Positions 38,722 to 49,079 of a DNA stretch of 64,000 nucleotides are shown piece by piece (the stretch's first letter is position 1; each line of letters opens with the position of its first letter). The notes under the pieces are model-generated. The model made no database searches, was not told where the DNA came from, and saw only the letters and a program-made list of their open reading frames with translations. The translations under genes and the position numbers were made by a program. The stretch spans positions 171,621 through 235,620 of the forward strand of contig CAVPAG010000015.1 of the NCBI GenBank assembly GCA_963701425.1, in the 5' to 3' direction. The DNA is from an uncultured Actinomycetota bacterium (GTDB lineage: Bacteria > Actinomycetota > Actinomycetes > Propionibacteriales > Nocardioidaceae).

Positions 38722-39321
38722 TCAGCCCACCTTCCGCAGGCCCATCACCGGGAACACCTGGCCGCCCTCGGCCGACTGCCACCGGGTCGTGGCCGCGAAC
38801 GTCGTCTGGCCGACGAACGACAGGCCGCACCCCCGTGCGACCGCGGCGACCCGGTCTGCGGCGTCTCCCCCGGTACGACGCACGCGGCCGTGAGCGAGGT
38901 CCTTGTCCACCGTCGTCACCAGGTGCCCGCCTGGGCGCAGGACCCTGGCCGCCTCCGCGATCGCGGCATCGGCCACCGGCATCGGCAGCAGATGGAGCAG
39001 CCAGACCATCGACACGACGTCGAGCGCATCGTCGGCGACGGGCAGCCGGTCCGCCGAGCCGACGAGCGCCCTGCCGGGAAGCCGCCCGTCGGCGACGCGG
39101 AGCATGCCCTGCGACAGGTCCGTGACGACCACGTCGAAGCCCAGACGAGCGAGCTCGGCCGACACGATCCCGGTCCCTCCAGCCACGTCGAGCAGGCGAC
39201 CCTCGGCAGGCACCAGGGAGGTGACCGCCTCCGCGGCCGCACAGGCCCGCTCCAGACCACCGCGGCTCTCGTCGTACACCGTCGCCTCGGCGTCGTAGTA
39301 GGCGGTGCGCTCGGGGTTCAC
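38722..39321 (-). CDS. Class I SAM-dependent methyltransferase
   Basis: GTG 39321 (VNPERTAYYDAEATVYD). Motif I LLDVAGGTGIVS. The track ORF's 64 extra N-terminal codons look like shadow sequence. Confidence 0.8.
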   Translation of the reverse strand: MNPERTAYYDAEATVYDESRGGLERACAAAEAVTSLVPAEGRLLDVAGGTGIVSAELARLGFDVVVTDLSQGMLRVADGRLPGRALVGSADRLPVADDALDVVSMVWLLHLLPMPVADAAIAEAARVLRPGGHLVTTVDKDLAHGRVRRTGGDAADRVAAVARGCGLSFVGQTTFAATTRWQSAEGGQVFPVMGLRKVG

Positions 39322-39377
39322 GAAGGCGAGCCTAGTGAGCCTGCGTGACCACCCACCACGAATGTCGTTGATGTGGC

Positions 39378-41108
39378 ATGCATCTCTCGCGTCGCGACCT
39401 GCTTCGGTCCGGCACCGCCCTGGCCGGTGCCTCTGCTCTGAGCGCCACCGGCCTGGTGCGACCCGCTCCGGCCTGGACCGCTCCCGGCCTGGCCGCGCCG
39501 GCGGGCACCACACTCGAGCGCACGCTGCTTCGAGGCACGCCCGGGCCGGGTGGCTATGCGCCCGTCGTCCTCGGCCCGGGAGAGCCCCACGTCGTACGTG
39601 CCGACCTCGGCGTCTCCGCCGACCGCAAGCGCGCCAGTCGGCGTAGGCCGTTGCTCGCGTTCGCCCACCTCACCGACGTGCACGTGGTCGACGTCCAGTC
39701 ACCGATGCGGGTGGAGTACTTCGACCGCTACGACGACAACGAGGTCGGCCCCGGCATCGCGTCCTCCGCCTACCGCCCTCAGGAGATGCTGACCGCGCAG
39801 ATCGCCGAGGCCATGGTGCAGGCGGTGAACCGGGTCGGCGTCGGGCCGGTCACCGGAGCACCGCTGGCCTTCGCCGTGCAGACCGGGGACAACTCCGACA
39901 ACGCCCAGCTCAACGAGGTCCGCTGGAACATCGACGTGCTCGACGGCAGCGGAGTCCGCGCGGACTCCGGCGACCTGACCCGGTTCGAGGGCGTGGCCGA
40001 CTCCGAGCCGCTCTGGTACGACACGCACTACTGGCACCCCGAAGGCACTCCCCCGGGTGCTGCCGACGACTTCCCCCGCAGCCGGTACGGGTTCCCGGTC
40101 GTCGCCGGCCTGCTCGACGCCGCCCGGCGGCCCTTCGACGCGACCGGGCTCGCGATGCCCTGGTACACCGCGTTCGGCAACCACGACACCCTGGTGCAGG
40201 GCAACTTCCCCGCCACCCTGCAGCTGACCCAGGTGGCCGAGGGCGGCCTCAAGCTGGTCTCTCCCCCGGCCGGGATGAGCCAGGACGACCTGCTGCGCGC
40301 CGTCCAGGGCGACTACGCCGGGTTCCTCGCGAGCCTGGCGCTGACCCCTCACGTGCGTCCCGTGACGCCCGACCCGCAGCGGCGGGTGCTCACCAGGGCG
40401 GAGGTCGTCGAGGAGCACTTCGCCACCGTCGGTGCGCCGCTCGGCCACGGGTTCACCGAGAAGAACCGTGCCGACGGGACGGCGTACTACACCTTCGACC
40501 GCGGACTGGTCCGGTTCGTGGTGCTCGACACGGTCAACCCCAACGGCGAGGCCAACGGGTCCCTCGACGCCACGCAGTTCGCCTGGCTCACCGAGGTGCT
40601 CGCCGCGTCGGCGGACCGCGTCGTCGTGGTGGCCGCCCACCACACGATCAGCACCATGGACAACCCGCTGGTCGGCACCGGCGGGGACGCCGAGCCGCGG
40701 GTGCTCGGCGACGAGGTCCGGTCACTGCTGCTGCAGCACCCGCAGGTGGTCGCGATGGTCGACGGGCACACCCACCGCAACGAGATCTGGGCGCACCGCC
40801 GCGAGGACGGCACCCCGGGCGGCTTCTGGGAGATCAACACCGCCGCCCACATCGACTGGCCCCAGCAGTCGCGGCTCATCGAGATCGCCGACAACCGCGA
40901 CGGGACCCTGTCGATCTTCGCGACGATGCTCGACCACGACGGACCGGCGGCGTACGGCGGACGCACCGGCGACCCGCTCGTCCTCGCCGGGCTCGCCCGT
41001 GAGCTCGCCGTGAACGACTGGCAGCGGCGCGACTCCTCCGGGCGCGGCACCGCCGAGACCCGCAACGTCGAGCTGCTCGTTGCGGCGCCGCCCGCGCTCA
41101 CCCGCTAG
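39378..41108 (+). CDS. Tat-exported metallophosphoesterase (TIGR03767-like actinobacterial family)
   Basis: Twin-arginine signal [23 protein letters not shown]. Phosphoesterase motifs: [33 protein letters not shown]. Confidence 0.82.
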   Translation: MHLSRRDLLRSGTALAGASALSATGLVRPAPAWTAPGLAAPAGTTLERTLLRGTPGPGGYAPVVLGPGEPHVVRADLGVSADRKRASRRRPLLAFAHLTDVHVVDVQSPMRVEYFDRYDDNEVGPGIASSAYRPQEMLTAQIAEAMVQAVNRVGVGPVTGAPLAFAVQTGDNSDNAQLNEVRWNIDVLDGSGVRADSGDLTRFEGVADSEPLWYDTHYWHPEGTPPGAADDFPRSRYGFPVVAGLLDAARRPFDATGLAMPWYTAFGNHDTLVQGNFPATLQLTQVAEGGLKLVSPPAGMSQDDLLRAVQGDYAGFLASLALTPHVRPVTPDPQRRVLTRAEVVEEHFATVGAPLGHGFTEKNRADGTAYYTFDRGLVRFVVLDTVNPNGEANGSLDATQFAWLTEVLAASADRVVVVAAHHTISTMDNPLVGTGGDAEPRVLGDEVRSLLLQHPQVVAMVDGHTHRNEIWAHRREDGTPGGFWEINTAAHIDWPQQSRLIEIADNRDGTLSIFATMLDHDGPAAYGGRTGDPLVLAGLARELAVNDWQRRDSSGRGTAETRNVELLVAAPPALTR

Positions 41109-41171
41109 CGCGACACGGGGGTGACACGCCGCAACCGTGCATCGGGACCCGCGACCGGGCAGGGTGTTCCC

Positions 41172-42029
41172 ATGTACTTCGTCGGCGTCGACCTCGCGTG
41201 GGGTCAGGAGCGACCCAGCGGCGTGGCGGTCATCGATCAGGATGGTCGGCTGGTCCACGTCTCCTCACGAGGAGACGACCAGGCCATCGTGGCGGCCCTG
41301 ACGCCGTACGTCGACGGCGACTGTCTCGTCGCCATCGACGCACCGCTGGTGGTGCGCAACCCCACCGGCAACCGACCCTGCGAAGCCGCGCTCAACCGCG
41401 ACTTCGCACGCTTCGACGCCGGCTGCCACCCCTCCAACACCGGCAAGCCCGAGTTCGCGGAGACCCCGCGCGGGGCACGGCTGGCCGCCACCCTCGGCCT
41501 CGACATGGACCCGGCCTCCTCGTCGCGTCGGCGGGCGATCGAGGTCTACCCGCATCCCGCGACGGTGGCGCTCTTCCGGCTCGGCCGGACACTGAAGTAC
41601 AAGCACAAGACCGGGCGACCACTGGCGCAGCTCCGGTCCGAGCTCCTGCGGCTCATCGGGCTGCTCGAAGGGCTCGAGGACTCAGGCCTCCCCGTTCGTC
41701 TCAGGGACCACGAGGAGTGGAAGGTGCTCGTGGCCGGCGTCGAGTCCGCAACGCGCAAGAGCGAGCTGCGCCGGGCCGAGGACCAGGTCGACGCGGTGGT
41801 GTGCGCCTACGTGGCGATGTTCGCCGAACGGCGTCCCGACATGACCACCACCTACGGCGACTACGCCTCCGGCTACATCGTCACGCCGTCCCTGCCCGAA
41901 GGCCACCGCCCCTCCCCTCGGACAGCGGGTCCCGGCAGCAGGGCAGCAGGGTCAGCCGAGCACGGCCGAGCAGGACCCCGCACGCCGGGCGGTGCAGGCG
42001 TACGCCGCGATGCAGCCCGGCCTGCGTGA
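41172..42029 (+). CDS. DUF429 domain protein (predicted RNase-H-fold nuclease)
   Basis: From ATG 41172: MYFVGVDLAWG...LVAIDAPLVV...IEVYPHPATVALF...LKYKHK...AEDQVDAVVCAYVA, which is the pattern I associate with DUF429/COG2410. The last ~40 codons are low-complexity and overlap the next gene. Confidence 0.72.
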   Translation: MYFVGVDLAWGQERPSGVAVIDQDGRLVHVSSRGDDQAIVAALTPYVDGDCLVAIDAPLVVRNPTGNRPCEAALNRDFARFDAGCHPSNTGKPEFAETPRGARLAATLGLDMDPASSSRRRAIEVYPHPATVALFRLGRTLKYKHKTGRPLAQLRSELLRLIGLLEGLEDSGLPVRLRDHEEWKVLVAGVESATRKSELRRAEDQVDAVVCAYVAMFAERRPDMTTTYGDYASGYIVTPSLPEGHRPSPRTAGPGSRAAGSAEHGRAGPRTPGGAGVRRDAARPA

Positions 42030-42978
42030 CGCCACGGAGCGGTACGTCGCGCTGGTCACCACGCTTCTCGACGACGCGGGCATCAACTACCTCAGCGTCA
42101 CCGGACGAGCCAAGAGCGTGAAGTCGTTCGCGGCCAAGGCGGACCGCACTGTCGGTGGCACACCGGTCTACGCCGACCCCCTCGAGGAGATCACCGACCA
42201 GATCGGCGTCCGCGTCATCACCTACCTGCACAGCGACGTGACAGCGGTCGCCGACCTGCTGGGCGACCAGCTCTCGGTCCTCGACGACCGGGACATGGGA
42301 CAGGAGACGGCGAGCCAAGGACGGTTCGGCTACGCCAGCAGGCACCTCCTGATCGCGCTCGACCCGGCGCGGAGTGCACCTCCGGCGTACGAGACGCTCC
42401 GGGGGCGCCGCGCCCAGGTCCAGGTGCGCACCGTGCTCCAGCACGCCTGGGCGGAGTTCGAGCACGCCATCCGCTACAAGGGCACGATCCCTGAGGAACA
42501 CGCACCGGACCTCGACCGCAGGTTCACGCTCGCCGCCGGACTGCTCGAGCTCGCCGACCGCGAGTTCTCGCTGATCCACGACCGGCTCCAGGCCGCCGTT
42601 ACAGACCAGCATCCGGAGCAGGACGTCAGCGACCCACGGATCAGCGCCCAGGACCTCGCCACGTTCCTCGCCGCGCAGTACGCCGACGCGGGCTGGTCCC
42701 GCAGCGACCACTACGCGTGGATCTCCGGCCTCCTGCTCGAGCTGGGGATCACGTCGCTGGACGAGCTCGCCGGCATGCTCACCTCGGTCGACACCACGGG
42801 CATCAACGCCCGGATGGGCTACAAGTACCCACCGGGTGCCGTCCGCCGGCTCGACGACGCGTTGCTGGCAGTCTTCGGCGCCCGCTACCTGGGCCTGCAC
42901 GGCAACGCACACCGTGAGGCACTGCTCCGGACCCGGCTCGAGAAGCTACGGACGCCGACGGAGCAGCCGGACCGGTAG
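41992..42978 (+). CDS. RelA/SpoT-domain protein (small alarmone synthetase-like nucleotide pyrophosphokinase) with a ~130-aa C-terminal extension
   Basis: Synthetase motifs: GRAKSVKSFAAKA, DQIGVRVI, GYASRHLLI, QVQVRTVLQHAWAEFEHAIRYK. GTG 41992 overlaps the DUF429 ORF by 38 nt. An alternative ATG lies at 42010. Confidence 0.85.
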   Translation: MQAYAAMQPGLRDATERYVALVTTLLDDAGINYLSVTGRAKSVKSFAAKADRTVGGTPVYADPLEEITDQIGVRVITYLHSDVTAVADLLGDQLSVLDDRDMGQETASQGRFGYASRHLLIALDPARSAPPAYETLRGRRAQVQVRTVLQHAWAEFEHAIRYKGTIPEEHAPDLDRRFTLAAGLLELADREFSLIHDRLQAAVTDQHPEQDVSDPRISAQDLATFLAAQYADAGWSRSDHYAWISGLLLELGITSLDELAGMLTSVDTTGINARMGYKYPPGAVRRLDDALLAVFGARYLGLHGNAHREALLRTRLEKLRTPTEQPDR

Positions 42979-42992
42979 GACAGCCGCCGGGG

Positions 42993-44123
42993 TCAGGCCT
43001 CGGTGGCGGCCAGCTGGCCGCAGGCCCCGTCGATCTCCTGGCCGCGCGTGTCACGCACCGTCGTCGGGATGCCCTTGGCCTCCAGTCGCCGGACGAACTC
43101 GCGCTCGACCTCGGGTCGGGACGCGGTCCACTTCGAGCCCGGAGTCGGGTTGAGCGGGATCAGGTTGACGTGGACCCAGCCCCAGTCGCCGTAGCTGTTG
43201 AGGACGTCGCCGAGCAGGTCGGCGCGCCACCCCTGGTCGTTGATGTCGCACATCATGGCGTACTCGATCGACACCCGGCGCTTGGTGACCTTGGCGTAGT
43301 TCCACGCCGCCTCGACCGCCTCGTGGACGGTCCAGCGGGTGTTGATCGGCACCAGCTCGTTGCGGAGCTCGTCGTCGGGGGCGTGCAGCGACAGGGCGAG
43401 CGTCACGGGGATGCCCTCCTCGGCGAGCTGGCGCATCCGCGGGACGAGTCCGACCGTGGAGACCGTGATCCCCCGCGCGGACATCCCGAGGCCGTCGGGA
43501 GCCGGCTCGGTCAGCCGGCGTACCGCCCCCATCACGGCCTTGTAGTTGGCCAGCGGCTCGCCCATGCCCATGAACACGACGTTCGAGACCCTGCCCGGCC
43601 CGCCCGGCACCTCGCCCTTGGCCAGCGCACGGGCACCGGCCACCACCTGCTCGACGATCTCGGCGGCCGACATGTTGCGCTGCAAGCCGCCCTGGCCGGT
43701 GGCGCAGAACGGGCAGGCCATCCCGCAGCCTGCCTGCGAGGAGACGCACATCGTCGCGCGGTCGGGGTAGCGCATGAGCACGGACTCGACGAGCGCACCG
43801 TCGAACAGCTTCCACAGCGTCTTGCGCGTGGTGCCCTTGTCGGCCTCCATCGTCCGCAGCGGGGTCATGAGCTCCGGCAGGAGCGACTGCACGATCGCGG
43901 CGCGGTCGCCCGCGGGCAGGTCGGTCATCTGCTCCGGGTCGTCGACGAGCCTCGAGAAGTAGTGCGTCGAGAGCTGCTTCGCGCGGAAGCCCGGGAGTCC
44001 GAGCGAGGCGACGAGCTCCTTCCGCTCGGCGGCGGAGAGGTCGGCGAGGTGGCGCGGAGGCTTCTTGCGGCCGCGCGGCTCGTCGAAGACGAGGGGAAGG
44101 GACTTGGTGGGCTCTTCAGACAT
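42993..44123 (-). CDS. rlmN: 23S rRNA (adenine2503-C2)/tRNA methyltransferase, radical SAM
   Basis: [18 protein letters not shown] radical-SAM cluster motif, N-terminal ...[12 protein letters not shown], and a conserved position next to cdsA in actinobacteria. Confidence 0.93.
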   Translation of the reverse strand: MSEEPTKSLPLVFDEPRGRKKPPRHLADLSAAERKELVASLGLPGFRAKQLSTHYFSRLVDDPEQMTDLPAGDRAAIVQSLLPELMTPLRTMEADKGTTRKTLWKLFDGALVESVLMRYPDRATMCVSSQAGCGMACPFCATGQGGLQRNMSAAEIVEQVVAGARALAKGEVPGGPGRVSNVVFMGMGEPLANYKAVMGAVRRLTEPAPDGLGMSARGITVSTVGLVPRMRQLAEEGIPVTLALSLHAPDDELRNELVPINTRWTVHEAVEAAWNYAKVTKRRVSIEYAMMCDINDQGWRADLLGDVLNSYGDWGWVHVNLIPLNPTPGSKWTASRPEVEREFVRRLEAKGIPTTVRDTRGQEIDGACGQLAATEA

Positions 44124-44165
44124 GACCGTCCCAGTGTCCCACCTCGGTGGTGAGGCTCCGAATCG

Positions 44166-44786
44166 TCAGCCGGCGTTGTGGGCCACGTCATGGATGACGT
44201 GCCCGGCGACCCAGGCGATGTCCGCGGCCGCCTCGGCGGGGGTCTTGACCGGCTGCATCACGTGGCTGAGCACCAGCCGGATGATCGCGTCGACCGCCGT
44301 GCGCAGCTCGGTCTCGTCGAGGCCGGTGTCGAATCCCTGCTCGTCGAGCGACTCGATCACGACCACGGTGGCCGCCTCGATGAGCCCCTGGGACTCGGTC
44401 GTGAGCAGCGGCAGCAGGTCGCTCCCGCCGGTGTGAGCGGACTCGAGAATCGCCTTCATCAGCGGGTTCGCCGCGGCGGCCTCGAGGGCTCCCTCACAGG
44501 CACTGCGCAGGGCCTCCACGAGCTCGGTCTCCGCGCTCATCCGGGTGCGGACGATGTCGAGGAAGCGGTCGAGCTCGCGCATCACGAGCTCCTCGGCGAT
44601 CCGCGGCTTCGAGCCGAGCTCGTTGTAGACGGTCTGGCGGCTGACCCCGACCTCGTCGGCGAGCTTGGCCATGGTCACCGCGCCCCAGCCCTCGGCAGCC
44701 GTGATCGACGCGGCCGCGTCGAGGAGGCGGTCCCGCAGCAGAGTGCGGACCGAGTCGCGGAAGGTCGAGGGTGCGTCGACGGTCAT
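44166..44786 (-). CDS. TetR family transcriptional regulator (alkane-hydroxylase-cluster type)
   Basis: N-terminal HTH ...AEGWGAVTMAKLADEVGVSRQTVYNELGSK. It lies immediately downstream of alkB-rubredoxin. Confidence 0.9.
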   Translation of the reverse strand: MTVDAPSTFRDSVRTLLRDRLLDAAASITAAEGWGAVTMAKLADEVGVSRQTVYNELGSKPRIAEELVMRELDRFLDIVRTRMSAETELVEALRSACEGALEAAAANPLMKAILESAHTGGSDLLPLLTTESQGLIEAATVVVIESLDEQGFDTGLDETELRTAVDAIIRLVLSHVMQPVKTPAEAAADIAWVAGHVIHDVAHNAG

Positions 44787-44809
44787 GGCACCAGGCTAGC
44801 CGTCAGCCA

Positions 44810-45004
44810 CTATCCGGTCGCGGCATCGGCGTCGTCGGCCTCGTCGAGCGGCTCGAAGTCCTGCCGCTCGCGCACACCGCAGTCGGGGCAGCACCAGTCG
44901 GGGTCGACCTGGTCGAACGGGGTGCCCGGCGGCCAGCCCTCGCGGGGGTCGCCGAGCTCCTCGTCGTAGACGTACGTGCAGCTGGGGCAGACGAACCTGC
45001 TCAT
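44810..45004 (-). CDS. Rubredoxin
   Basis: A 64-aa reading from ATG 45004, MSRFVCPSCTYVYDEELGDPREGWPPGTPFDQVDPDWCCPDCG, with two CxxC pairs. Its ATG overlaps the alkB stop (ATGA). It is hidden inside a longer shadow ORF in the track. Confidence 0.92.
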   Translation of the reverse strand: MSRFVCPSCTYVYDEELGDPREGWPPGTPFDQVDPDWCCPDCGVRERQDFEPLDEADDADAATG

Positions 45005-46191
45005 GCCGCGTGCGCTCCCTCGTCGCGACGGCCGTACCTCGCGATGATCTTGTCGCGCTTGCGCGGGTGGAGGTTGGCCCGGGTGATGTCGCCGTCGAAG
45101 TGGGCCAGGACGCGGGGGTCCATGACCTTGCGCCAGATCGCGGGGACCCAGGTCAGGACGATCATCCCGGCGTACCCGGTCGGCAGCACCGGCGACTCCT
45201 TGTAGTCGCGCAGCGCCTGGTACCGCCGTGTCGGGTTCGCGTGGTGGTCGCTGTGGCGCTGCAGGTGGTACAGCAGGACGTTGGTGCCGATGTTGTTGGA
45301 GTTCCAGCTGTGGCTCGGGTCGACCCGCTCGTAGCGCTCCTTGCCGGGTGCGCCCACCTTCTGCCGGAGCATCCCGTAGTGCTCGAGGTAGTTCACCGAC
45401 TCCAGGAGCCAGATGCCCACGAGGGCCTGGAGGACGAGGAACGGCAGGATCTCCGGGCCGAACGCGAGGGCCAGGGCGCCCCAGAGCACGACCGACATCG
45501 CCCACGCGTTGAGCACGTCGTTCTTCAACGTCCACGGGGACCGATGGCGGCGCGCGAGGCGGCGCTTCTCGAGTTTCCAGGCACTGCTCAGGCTGCCCCA
45601 CATCGTGCGCGGAAGAAAGCCCCAGACCGTCTCCCCCACCCGGGAGCTGGCCGGGTCCTCCGGGGTCGCGACGCGCACGTGGTGGCCCCGGTTGTGCTCG
45701 ATGTAGAAGTGGCCGTAGAAGGTCTGCGCCAGAGCGATCCGGGCGAACCAGCGCTCGTGCTGCTCCTTCTTGTGGCCGAGCTCGTGGGCGGTGTTGATGC
45801 CGATCCCGGCGACCATGCCGAGTCCGAGCGCGAGGCCGATCTTGTCGACGAGGTCGAGCGCGCTGCCGCCGAGCAGCCACGCGCCCCAGATGAGCACGAG
45901 GTACTGCACGGGGATGAACGCGTAGGTCACCCAGCGGTAGTACCGGTCGTTCTCCAGCGCCTCGATCACCTCGTCGGGCGGGTTGTTGCGGTCCAGGCCG
46001 GTGAGCAGGTCGACCACGGGGATGATGCCGAAGACGAAGACCGGGCCGAAGTACCAGAACAGGTCCGACCCGCTGGCCTCGACCAGGCCCCAGGCCGCGA
46101 TCGGGATCAGCGGGATCACCGCGCCGAGGATCCAGAGGTAACGCTTGCCGTCACGCCACTCGACGGTCGTGGCGGGCACGGACACTGCCAT
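45001..46191 (-). CDS. alkB: Alkane 1-monooxygenase (integral-membrane di-iron hydroxylase)
   Basis: His boxes HELGHK, EHNRGHH and LQRHSDHH. ATG 46191 is preceded by AGGAGC. The track ORF starts 11 codons earlier. Confidence 0.92.
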   Translation of the reverse strand: MAVSVPATTVEWRDGKRYLWILGAVIPLIPIAAWGLVEASGSDLFWYFGPVFVFGIIPVVDLLTGLDRNNPPDEVIEALENDRYYRWVTYAFIPVQYLVLIWGAWLLGGSALDLVDKIGLALGLGMVAGIGINTAHELGHKKEQHERWFARIALAQTFYGHFYIEHNRGHHVRVATPEDPASSRVGETVWGFLPRTMWGSLSSAWKLEKRRLARRHRSPWTLKNDVLNAWAMSVVLWGALALAFGPEILPFLVLQALVGIWLLESVNYLEHYGMLRQKVGAPGKERYERVDPSHSWNSNNIGTNVLLYHLQRHSDHHANPTRRYQALRDYKESPVLPTGYAGMIVLTWVPAIWRKVMDPRVLAHFDGDITRANLHPRKRDKIIARYGRRDEGAHAA

Positions 46192-46279
46192 GTCGTCGCT
46201 CCTGACTCCGCGAGCCCCGCGCACGCGGTTTACACGAAGTTAGCGACTGTCCACGGCGGTGACAAGAGGGTGGCGGCTG

Positions 46280-46822
46280 TCAATCGGCGGCGGTCTCGAC
46301 CACCCAGTGGTCGGGCATCCGCAGTCGCGCCCAGGCCTCGAGGTCCGGCGGCCGCCCGGTGAGCTCGGAGGCGAGCAGGGTCCAGGCGGTGCCATGCCCC
46401 GAGAGGACGACCTCCTCCTCAGGGTGGTCGGCGAGGATCCGGCGTACGACGGGCAGCAGCCTGTCGCGGGTGGCCGCGAGCGGCTCCCACCCCTCGAGGG
46501 CGGGCTCGCCCGGGGTCTCGAACGCGCGACGTACGACGGCACGGAAGTCGGCCGGGTCATCGAACCACACCGTCGAGTGGCGCTCGTGCTCACGGAGCTC
46601 CGGCACGACCGTCACCTCGCTGTCGGTGAGCCTCCGTGCGGTCTCGAGCGCCTTCGTCTCGGGGGAGGAGAACCAGCGCGCGGCCTCGGGAAGCCGCCCC
46701 GACTCACGTAGCTCGTCGATGGCGGCGTGCCCGGCCGGGTCGAGGCCCCACTCGTGGGGAGGCCGGCCGCGCTCCATCGTGGAGAGGCCGTGGCGTATCA
46801 GATGGATCTTCCGGGACGTCAT
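46280..46822 (-). CDS. Histidine phosphatase family protein
   Basis: N-terminal catalytic RHG motif (IHLIRHGLS). 180 aa. Confidence 0.8.
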   Translation of the reverse strand: MTSRKIHLIRHGLSTMERGRPPHEWGLDPAGHAAIDELRESGRLPEAARWFSSPETKALETARRLTDSEVTVVPELREHERHSTVWFDDPADFRAVVRRAFETPGEPALEGWEPLAATRDRLLPVVRRILADHPEEEVVLSGHGTAWTLLASELTGRPPDLEAWARLRMPDHWVVETAAD

Positions 46823-46858
46823 ACGTTGTGGCTCCTATAGCGACCGGGACGTATGACG

Positions 46859-47710
46859 TCAGGAGACCGGGACGAGGTAGTAGAGGAGCAGCCAGGTCGG
46901 GGCGACCGTGGCGAGCAGGGAGTCCAGCCGGTCCATGAGACCGCCGTGGCCCGGGATGATCGCGGACATGTCCTTGATGCCGAGGTCGCGCTTGATCACC
47001 GACTCCAACAGGTCGCCGAGGGTGGCCATCACCACCGCGACCAGACCGAGGATGACCCCGACCCACCCGTCGCCGTCGAGGAGGTAGACCACGGTCGCCC
47101 AGCCGGCGGCGATACAGAAGACCGTCGAGCCGGCGAAGCCCTCCCACGACTTCTTGGGAGAGATCACCGGAGCCATCGGGTGCTTGCCCGCCACCACGCC
47201 GACGAAGTAGCCGCCGATGTCGGAGGCGATGGTGACCAGGATGAAGGTCAGCACCCGCAGCGGCCCGTCGTCCGGCTTGAGCAGCAGCACCACGAAGCCG
47301 GCCAGGAAGGGCACGTACACGGCAGTGAACACGCCGGCCGTCGCGTCACGGACGAACCCGTCGACGCCCCCGCGCAACCGCCACAGCATCGACCCGAGTG
47401 CCGTCACCGCCAAGGCGGTCGCCAGCGCAGGTGCGCCCCAGACGTACCCCCCGACGAGCATGACCACCGCGCCGACCACCAGCGGCTCGAACGGCAGGAC
47501 GATGCCCTTCTCGGCGAAGGCCTCCTTCAGCTCCCAGACGCCGAGCAGGATCGCCGCGGTGACGAGACCGACGAACGCCGGCTTCCAGAAGTACAGCGAG
47601 CCGGCGATCAGCGCCAGGAGTACGACGGCCGAGGCGATCGCCGCGGGAAGGTTGCGTCCGGCGCGTCCGGTCGGGGCCGGAGCGCCCGACGGCGTCTCGG
47701 ATGTGGTCAT
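46859..47710 (-). CDS. cdsA: Phosphatidate cytidylyltransferase
   Basis: Multi-TM protein with C-terminal signature SVIKRDLGIKDMSAIIPGHGGLMDRLDS. Conserved position upstream of frr. Confidence 0.93.
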   Translation of the reverse strand: MTTSETPSGAPAPTGRAGRNLPAAIASAVVLLALIAGSLYFWKPAFVGLVTAAILLGVWELKEAFAEKGIVLPFEPLVVGAVVMLVGGYVWGAPALATALAVTALGSMLWRLRGGVDGFVRDATAGVFTAVYVPFLAGFVVLLLKPDDGPLRVLTFILVTIASDIGGYFVGVVAGKHPMAPVISPKKSWEGFAGSTVFCIAAGWATVVYLLDGDGWVGVILGLVAVVMATLGDLLESVIKRDLGIKDMSAIIPGHGGLMDRLDSLLATVAPTWLLLYYLVPVS

Positions 47711-47722
47711 GAAGGGGGGTGC

Positions 47723-48280
47723 TCAGACCTCGAGCAGCTCGGCTTCCTTGTGCTTGAGCATCTCGTCGATGGCGTCGGTGTGCTTCTTCGTCAGCCCGTC
47801 GAGGCGCTTCTCGGCACCGGTGACGTCGTCCTTGCCGACCTCGCCGTCCTTCTCCATCTTGTCGAGGGCCTGCTTGGCGTGGCGGCGGATGTTGCGGATC
47901 GCGATCTTGCCGTCCTCGGCCTTGTGCTTGGCCATCTTGATGTACTCCTTGCGCCGCTCCTCGGTGAGCTCGGGGAGCACGATGCGCAGGGTCTTCCCGT
48001 CGTTCGCCGGGTTGACGCCGAGGTCGGAGTCGCGGATCGCCTTCTCGATCGCGGTCATCGCGCCCATGTCGAAGGGCGCGACGATCACGACGCGGGCCTC
48101 GGGGACGGTGAAGGAGGCGAGCTGCTGGAGCGGCGTGGGGGTGCCGTAGTAGTCGGCGGTGATCTTCTGGAACATCGACGGGTGGGCCCGGCCGGTGCGG
48201 ATCGCCGCGAAGTCCTCCCGGGTGACCTCGACCGCCTTGTCCATCTTCAGGGAGGCCTCGTTGAGGGTCTCGTTGATCAC
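47723..48280 (-). CDS. frr: Ribosome recycling factor
   Basis: A 185-aa ORF. ...RTGRAHPSMFQKITADYYGTPTPLQQLA... is typical of RRF. Confidence 0.96.
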   Translation of the reverse strand: MINETLNEASLKMDKAVEVTREDFAAIRTGRAHPSMFQKITADYYGTPTPLQQLASFTVPEARVVIVAPFDMGAMTAIEKAIRDSDLGVNPANDGKTLRIVLPELTEERRKEYIKMAKHKAEDGKIAIRNIRRHAKQALDKMEKDGEVGKDDVTGAEKRLDGLTKKHTDAIDEMLKHKEAELLEV

Positions 48281-48362
48281 GGCTGCTCCTAGGTACTCGT
48301 CTGTTGCACGTCAGGCGGGGGCTCGTGATGCCTGTGGGCCCCCCGCGAGCCCACTGCTCGGA

Positions 48363-49079
48363 TCAGACGGTCTGCGAGACCGTCGTACCGATCTTCTCAC
48401 CCTCGACGACGCGGAGGATGTTGCCCTCCTCGGAGAGGTTGAACACGATCATGCTGATGTCGTTGTCGCGGGCCAGGCTGACCGAGGTGGCGTCGGCGAC
48501 CTTGAGGCCGCGGGCCAGGAACTCGTCATAGGTGAGCGCGTCGAACTTGACCGCCTCGGGGTGGGTCTTGGGGTCGGCGTCGTAGACCCCGTCCACGCCC
48601 TGCTTGCCCATCAGGATCACCTCGGCGCCGATCTCGAGCGCCCGCTGCGCGGCGACGGTGTCGGTGGAGAAGTACGGCATGCCCGCGCCGGCGCCGAAGA
48701 TGACCACGCGGCCCTTCTCGAGGTGCCGGATCGCGCGCCGCGGGATGTAGGGCTCGGCGACCTGGCCCATCGTGATGGCGGTCTGCACGCGGGTCTCGAC
48801 GCCCTGCTTCTCGAGGAAGTCCTGGAGCGCGAGGCAGTTCATGACCGTGCCGAGCATGCCCATGTAGTCGGCGCGGGCGCGCTCCATGCCGCGCTGCTGG
48901 AGCTCCGCGCCGCGGAAGAAGTTGCCGCCGCCGACGACGATCGCGACCTGGACGCCCGACCGGACGCAGTCGGCGACCTCGCGGGCGATCGAGTTGATGA
49001 CGTCGAGGTCGAGCCCGACCTTGCCGCCGCCGAACACCTCGCCGGAGAGCTTGAGCAGGACCCGCTTGTACGCCGTCAC
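48363..49079 (-). CDS. pyrH: UMP kinase
   Basis: [15 protein letters not shown]...[13 protein letters not shown]... is typical of PyrH. Confidence 0.96.
   Translation of the reverse strand: MTAYKRVLLKLSGEVFGGGKVGLDLDVINSIAREVADCVRSGVQVAIVVGGGNFFRGAELQQRGMERARADYMGMLGTVMNCLALQDFLEKQGVETRVQTAITMGQVAEPYIPRRAIRHLEKGRVVIFGAGAGMPYFSTDTVAAQRALEIGAEVILMGKQGVDGVYDADPKTHPEAVKFDALTYDEFLARGLKVADATSVSLARDNDISMIVFNLSEEGNILRVVEGEKIGTTVSQTV

Noticed and set aside
41992-42978. Calling the RelA/SpoT-domain protein a confirmed toxSAS toxin-antitoxin or phage-defence module.
   Set aside because: There is only motif-level evidence for a synthetase domain. Actinobacteria also carry housekeeping small alarmone synthetases of similar size, and no phage or mobile-element context is nearby. 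It is kept as a hypothesis in the findings, not as a call.
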